Positions 62,301 through 64,000 of a stretch of DNA of 64,000 bases are shown one piece after another; within the stretch, counting starts at the first letter, position 1, and each line of letters begins with the position of its first letter. Source of the DNA: Phoronis australis. Lineage: Eukaryota; Animalia; Phoronida. The stretch covers positions 134,690-198,689 of the forward strand of contig NMRA01000215.1 in NCBI GenBank assembly GCA_002633005.1, in the 5' to 3' direction. Under the pieces are notes generated by a model. That model searched no databases. It was not told the origin of the DNA and was given only the letters and a program-made list of their open reading frames with translations. The translations under genes and the position numbers were made by a program.

Positions 62301-62605
62301 TATTACGTAAGCGTGGTAAAAAGTTCAGGAAGCATTCAGTGAAGTGAATCAGTAAGTCATCTGTCAGTGAGGTACTACCCAATGCAGTGTTGGAGGTTTT
62401 TGTTCTCCAGAGGCTACATGAACAACTTAGAACATTTATTTTACACATATATGTAACTGCATACACACAGTGTTGCTGTTTTGGAAAGTTTTATCAAGCT
62501 GTTGTTCAAGATCTCCATCTGCTTTTCCAGCATGTAAGCTTGGTTTGAAGACTGTTGGAGAGGATAGTGGCAATTCTGACCTACTTGCTGATCTTATCAT
62601 AAAAG
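53305..62605 (+). CDS. UROS: Uroporphyrinogen-III synthase (HemD-like), 5' part; exons 53305-53376, 57205-57379, (58265-58291), 61286-61345 (duplicate 61812-61871), 62531-62605; continues beyond window
   Basis: Spliced peptide MDIINNHVVLFKATQNDIKDPYCE/ILEQNGCIAHCVNVLEFKFVN...LVLTSPRAVEAV.../W..LPAYVVGQATADA/ACKLGLKTVGEDSGNSDLLADLI matches UROS motifs VLLLK..DPY, VL.F.F, TSPRAVEA, YVVG.AT, LGL.T.GE..GN. Confidence 0.92.
54393..55054. repeat. Long foldback (inverted repeat) element with ~260-bp arms in UROS intron
   Basis: GATCAAGTTTGAGTCTAATATTGGAATAAAAACTTA... pairs with ...TAAGTTTTTATTCCAGTATTAGACTCAAATTTGATC; ~40-nt loop near 54742-54782. Confidence 0.9.
57205..57379 (+). CDS. UROS: UROS exon containing TSPRAVEA
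   Basis: ccag|ATA...G|gtaac. Confidence 0.93.
58265..58291 (+). CDS. UROS: Candidate 27-nt UROS microexon (DDMSLLSDD)
   Basis: cctttttcttag|AT...G|gtgagc; phase 1-1, open frame. Confidence 0.55.
59233..59429. mobile_element. Near-perfect palindromic Harbinger-like MITE
   Basis: CCTTTTCATGAAAACTTATTTAAGACTTAAGACAAGAC... / ...GTCTTGTCTTAAGTCTTAAGTAAGTTTTCATGAAAAGGACCC. Confidence 0.8.
61286..61345 (+). CDS. UROS: UROS exon (GAVWSRLPAYVVGQATADA), copy 1
   Basis: tacag|AT...G|gttgg; YVVG.AT motif. Confidence 0.88.
61812..61871 (+). CDS. UROS: Identical second copy of the UROS exon (probably allelic/assembly duplicate)
   Basis: Lies in a 279-nt duplicate that starts immediately after the N at 61761. 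Confidence 0.5.
62531..62605 (+). CDS. UROS: UROS exon (CKLGLKTVGEDSGNSDLLADLIIK)
   Basis: ccag|CA...G|gtatt; LGL.T.GE..GN motif. Confidence 0.9.
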
Positions 62606-63016
62606 GTATTGTTACTTGAAAGTCTCGTAAAAGTGATGACAATTCGATTGTCATCAGTCATTAGGACATGATAACTCGGTTCCAAAAATTCGCCTTTACT
62701 TGATAAATTTGCTAACTAGTAAAGTCAGAGCCCTTGATGCCTCGATTTTGAGGCCGAATATTGGCCCCATTCTCATTATGAAAAACATTTAGAAGTCAAG
62801 GGAAATTGTTCTCATCTGTTCCAAAAATTTCCAATGGTAAAAAATCCCCCTCTTTGTCAGTTATAATCATCTCTGGAAAACATTAGTTTTGGCTACTTGA
62901 AGCATTTCCATTGGTTATAAATAAGGGTGCTGACTACCATACGGCTACTTGATGAGCTGAAATTTTGATGGCGTTGTTTTAGCTGAACATGATTTGGAAC
63001 TGAAATTTGTTGTTTT

Positions 63017-64000
63017 TATGCGCCCACATATTTGTATGTGAACGCATTATGCCGTCATCCCGGTCCGTCGGTGCAGCCGTCCGTCCAGCCATCCGTCTGT
63101 CCGGCGTCCGCTGCTCTATCTCCAAAACTGTTCAACGCATGTTCATGAAATTTTGAGCTCATGTTCCCTTCATGCATGGGACGGCATGAGCGAACGTTCA
63201 GACGGACTTGACTATCGGTGTGCCCCCTAGTGATAATTTCAGTTTTTTACGTTTAACTCCGTATCTTCAAAGGCCCTCAGCGTATTTTCATAAAATTTGG
63301 CATATAGGCATCTATTAGTGAGATGATGCTAGCCTTTTATTTTCAGGTGAATCTGATGCAGTTTGCGCCACCTAGTGGCCATTTTCACTGTTTTTGAGTC
63401 TGTTTTTGGCGTCCACCCCTCTATCAACCAAACTGCTCTTAGGATGATTGTGAAAAGTGGCATGTATGTTCTTACTATGAAGAGGACGGCTGACGATGAT
63501 TTTTCGACGACTTTGACTACTGTGGCACCTCCTAGTTGTAGTTGTTTTTTGCACCCATGTATCTCCTAAACTGTTTGCAGGATCTTTACTAATTTAGCAA
63601 GTATATCTATGTGATGTTGACAACGGACAAACTCAACCTTCAGATGGATCTGACTACCGGTGTGCCCCCTAGTGGCAATTTTAGTTTTTTACGTTTACCT
63701 CTGTATCTTCAAAGATCCTCAAGGTATTTTCATAAAATTTGGCATATAGGCATCTATTGGTGAGATGACGATATCCTCCTGTTTTCAGATGGATTTGACA
63801 TAGTTTGCGCCACCTAGTGACCATCTTTAGTGGTTTCGAGTCTGTTTTTTGGCGTCCACACCTCTATCAACCAAACCGCTCTAAGGATGATTATGAAAAT
63901 TGGCATGTATGTTCTTACTATGAAGAGGATGGCTGACGATGATTTTTCAATGACTTGACTACTGTGGCGCCTCCTAGTGGCAGTTTTGTTTTTTTGAACC
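63017..64000 (+). mobile_element. HINE/Helentron-type (DINE-1/pearl-like) element with a higher-order tandem array (3 x ~147 bp = 442-bp period)
   Basis: T-rich insertion site, 5' stem-loop ATGCGCCCACATA...TATGTGAACGCAT, (GTCC)n-like microsatellite at 63061-63110, then repeat units with a 442-bp period (63261 vs 63703). Confidence 0.8.

Overview
This is intron-rich, AT-rich animal genomic DNA, probably from a lophotrochozoan such as a mollusc (judged from the repeat types; not certain). It carries three genes on the + strand. (1) The 3' two-thirds of a DOCK1/DOCK180-like (DOCK-A) Rac GEF: 30 coding exons from 1435 to the stop at 30460, about 1171 aa with all splice phases consistent, plus a candidate 36-nt cassette exon, one U12-type intron and a ~3.8-kb 3' UTR. 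(2) A compact two-exon PWWP2A/B-like gene (35150-36897, 528 aa). (3) The 5' part of uroporphyrinogen-III synthase, UROS (53305 onward; it continues past the window). Between PWWP2 and UROS lies a TE-rich interval: MITEs with 5-bp TSDs, a HINE/Helentron-type element, a 2.6-kb TIR element holding a hairpin satellite, and a decayed RT-RNase H LINE. The most notable observations are a HINE-type repeat carrying six regularly spaced, co-oriented CTCF-like motifs; copies of exon 3' ends plus splice donors repeated in DOCK introns, including an indel-free diverged copy of the catalytic nucleotide-sensor segment; a minor-spliceosome intron; two candidate microexons; and DOCK1-PWWP2-UROS linkage matching human 10q26. 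The duplicated UROS exon sits at an N and is probably an assembly artefact. I found no prokaryote-style novel system such as CRISPR or a defence island.
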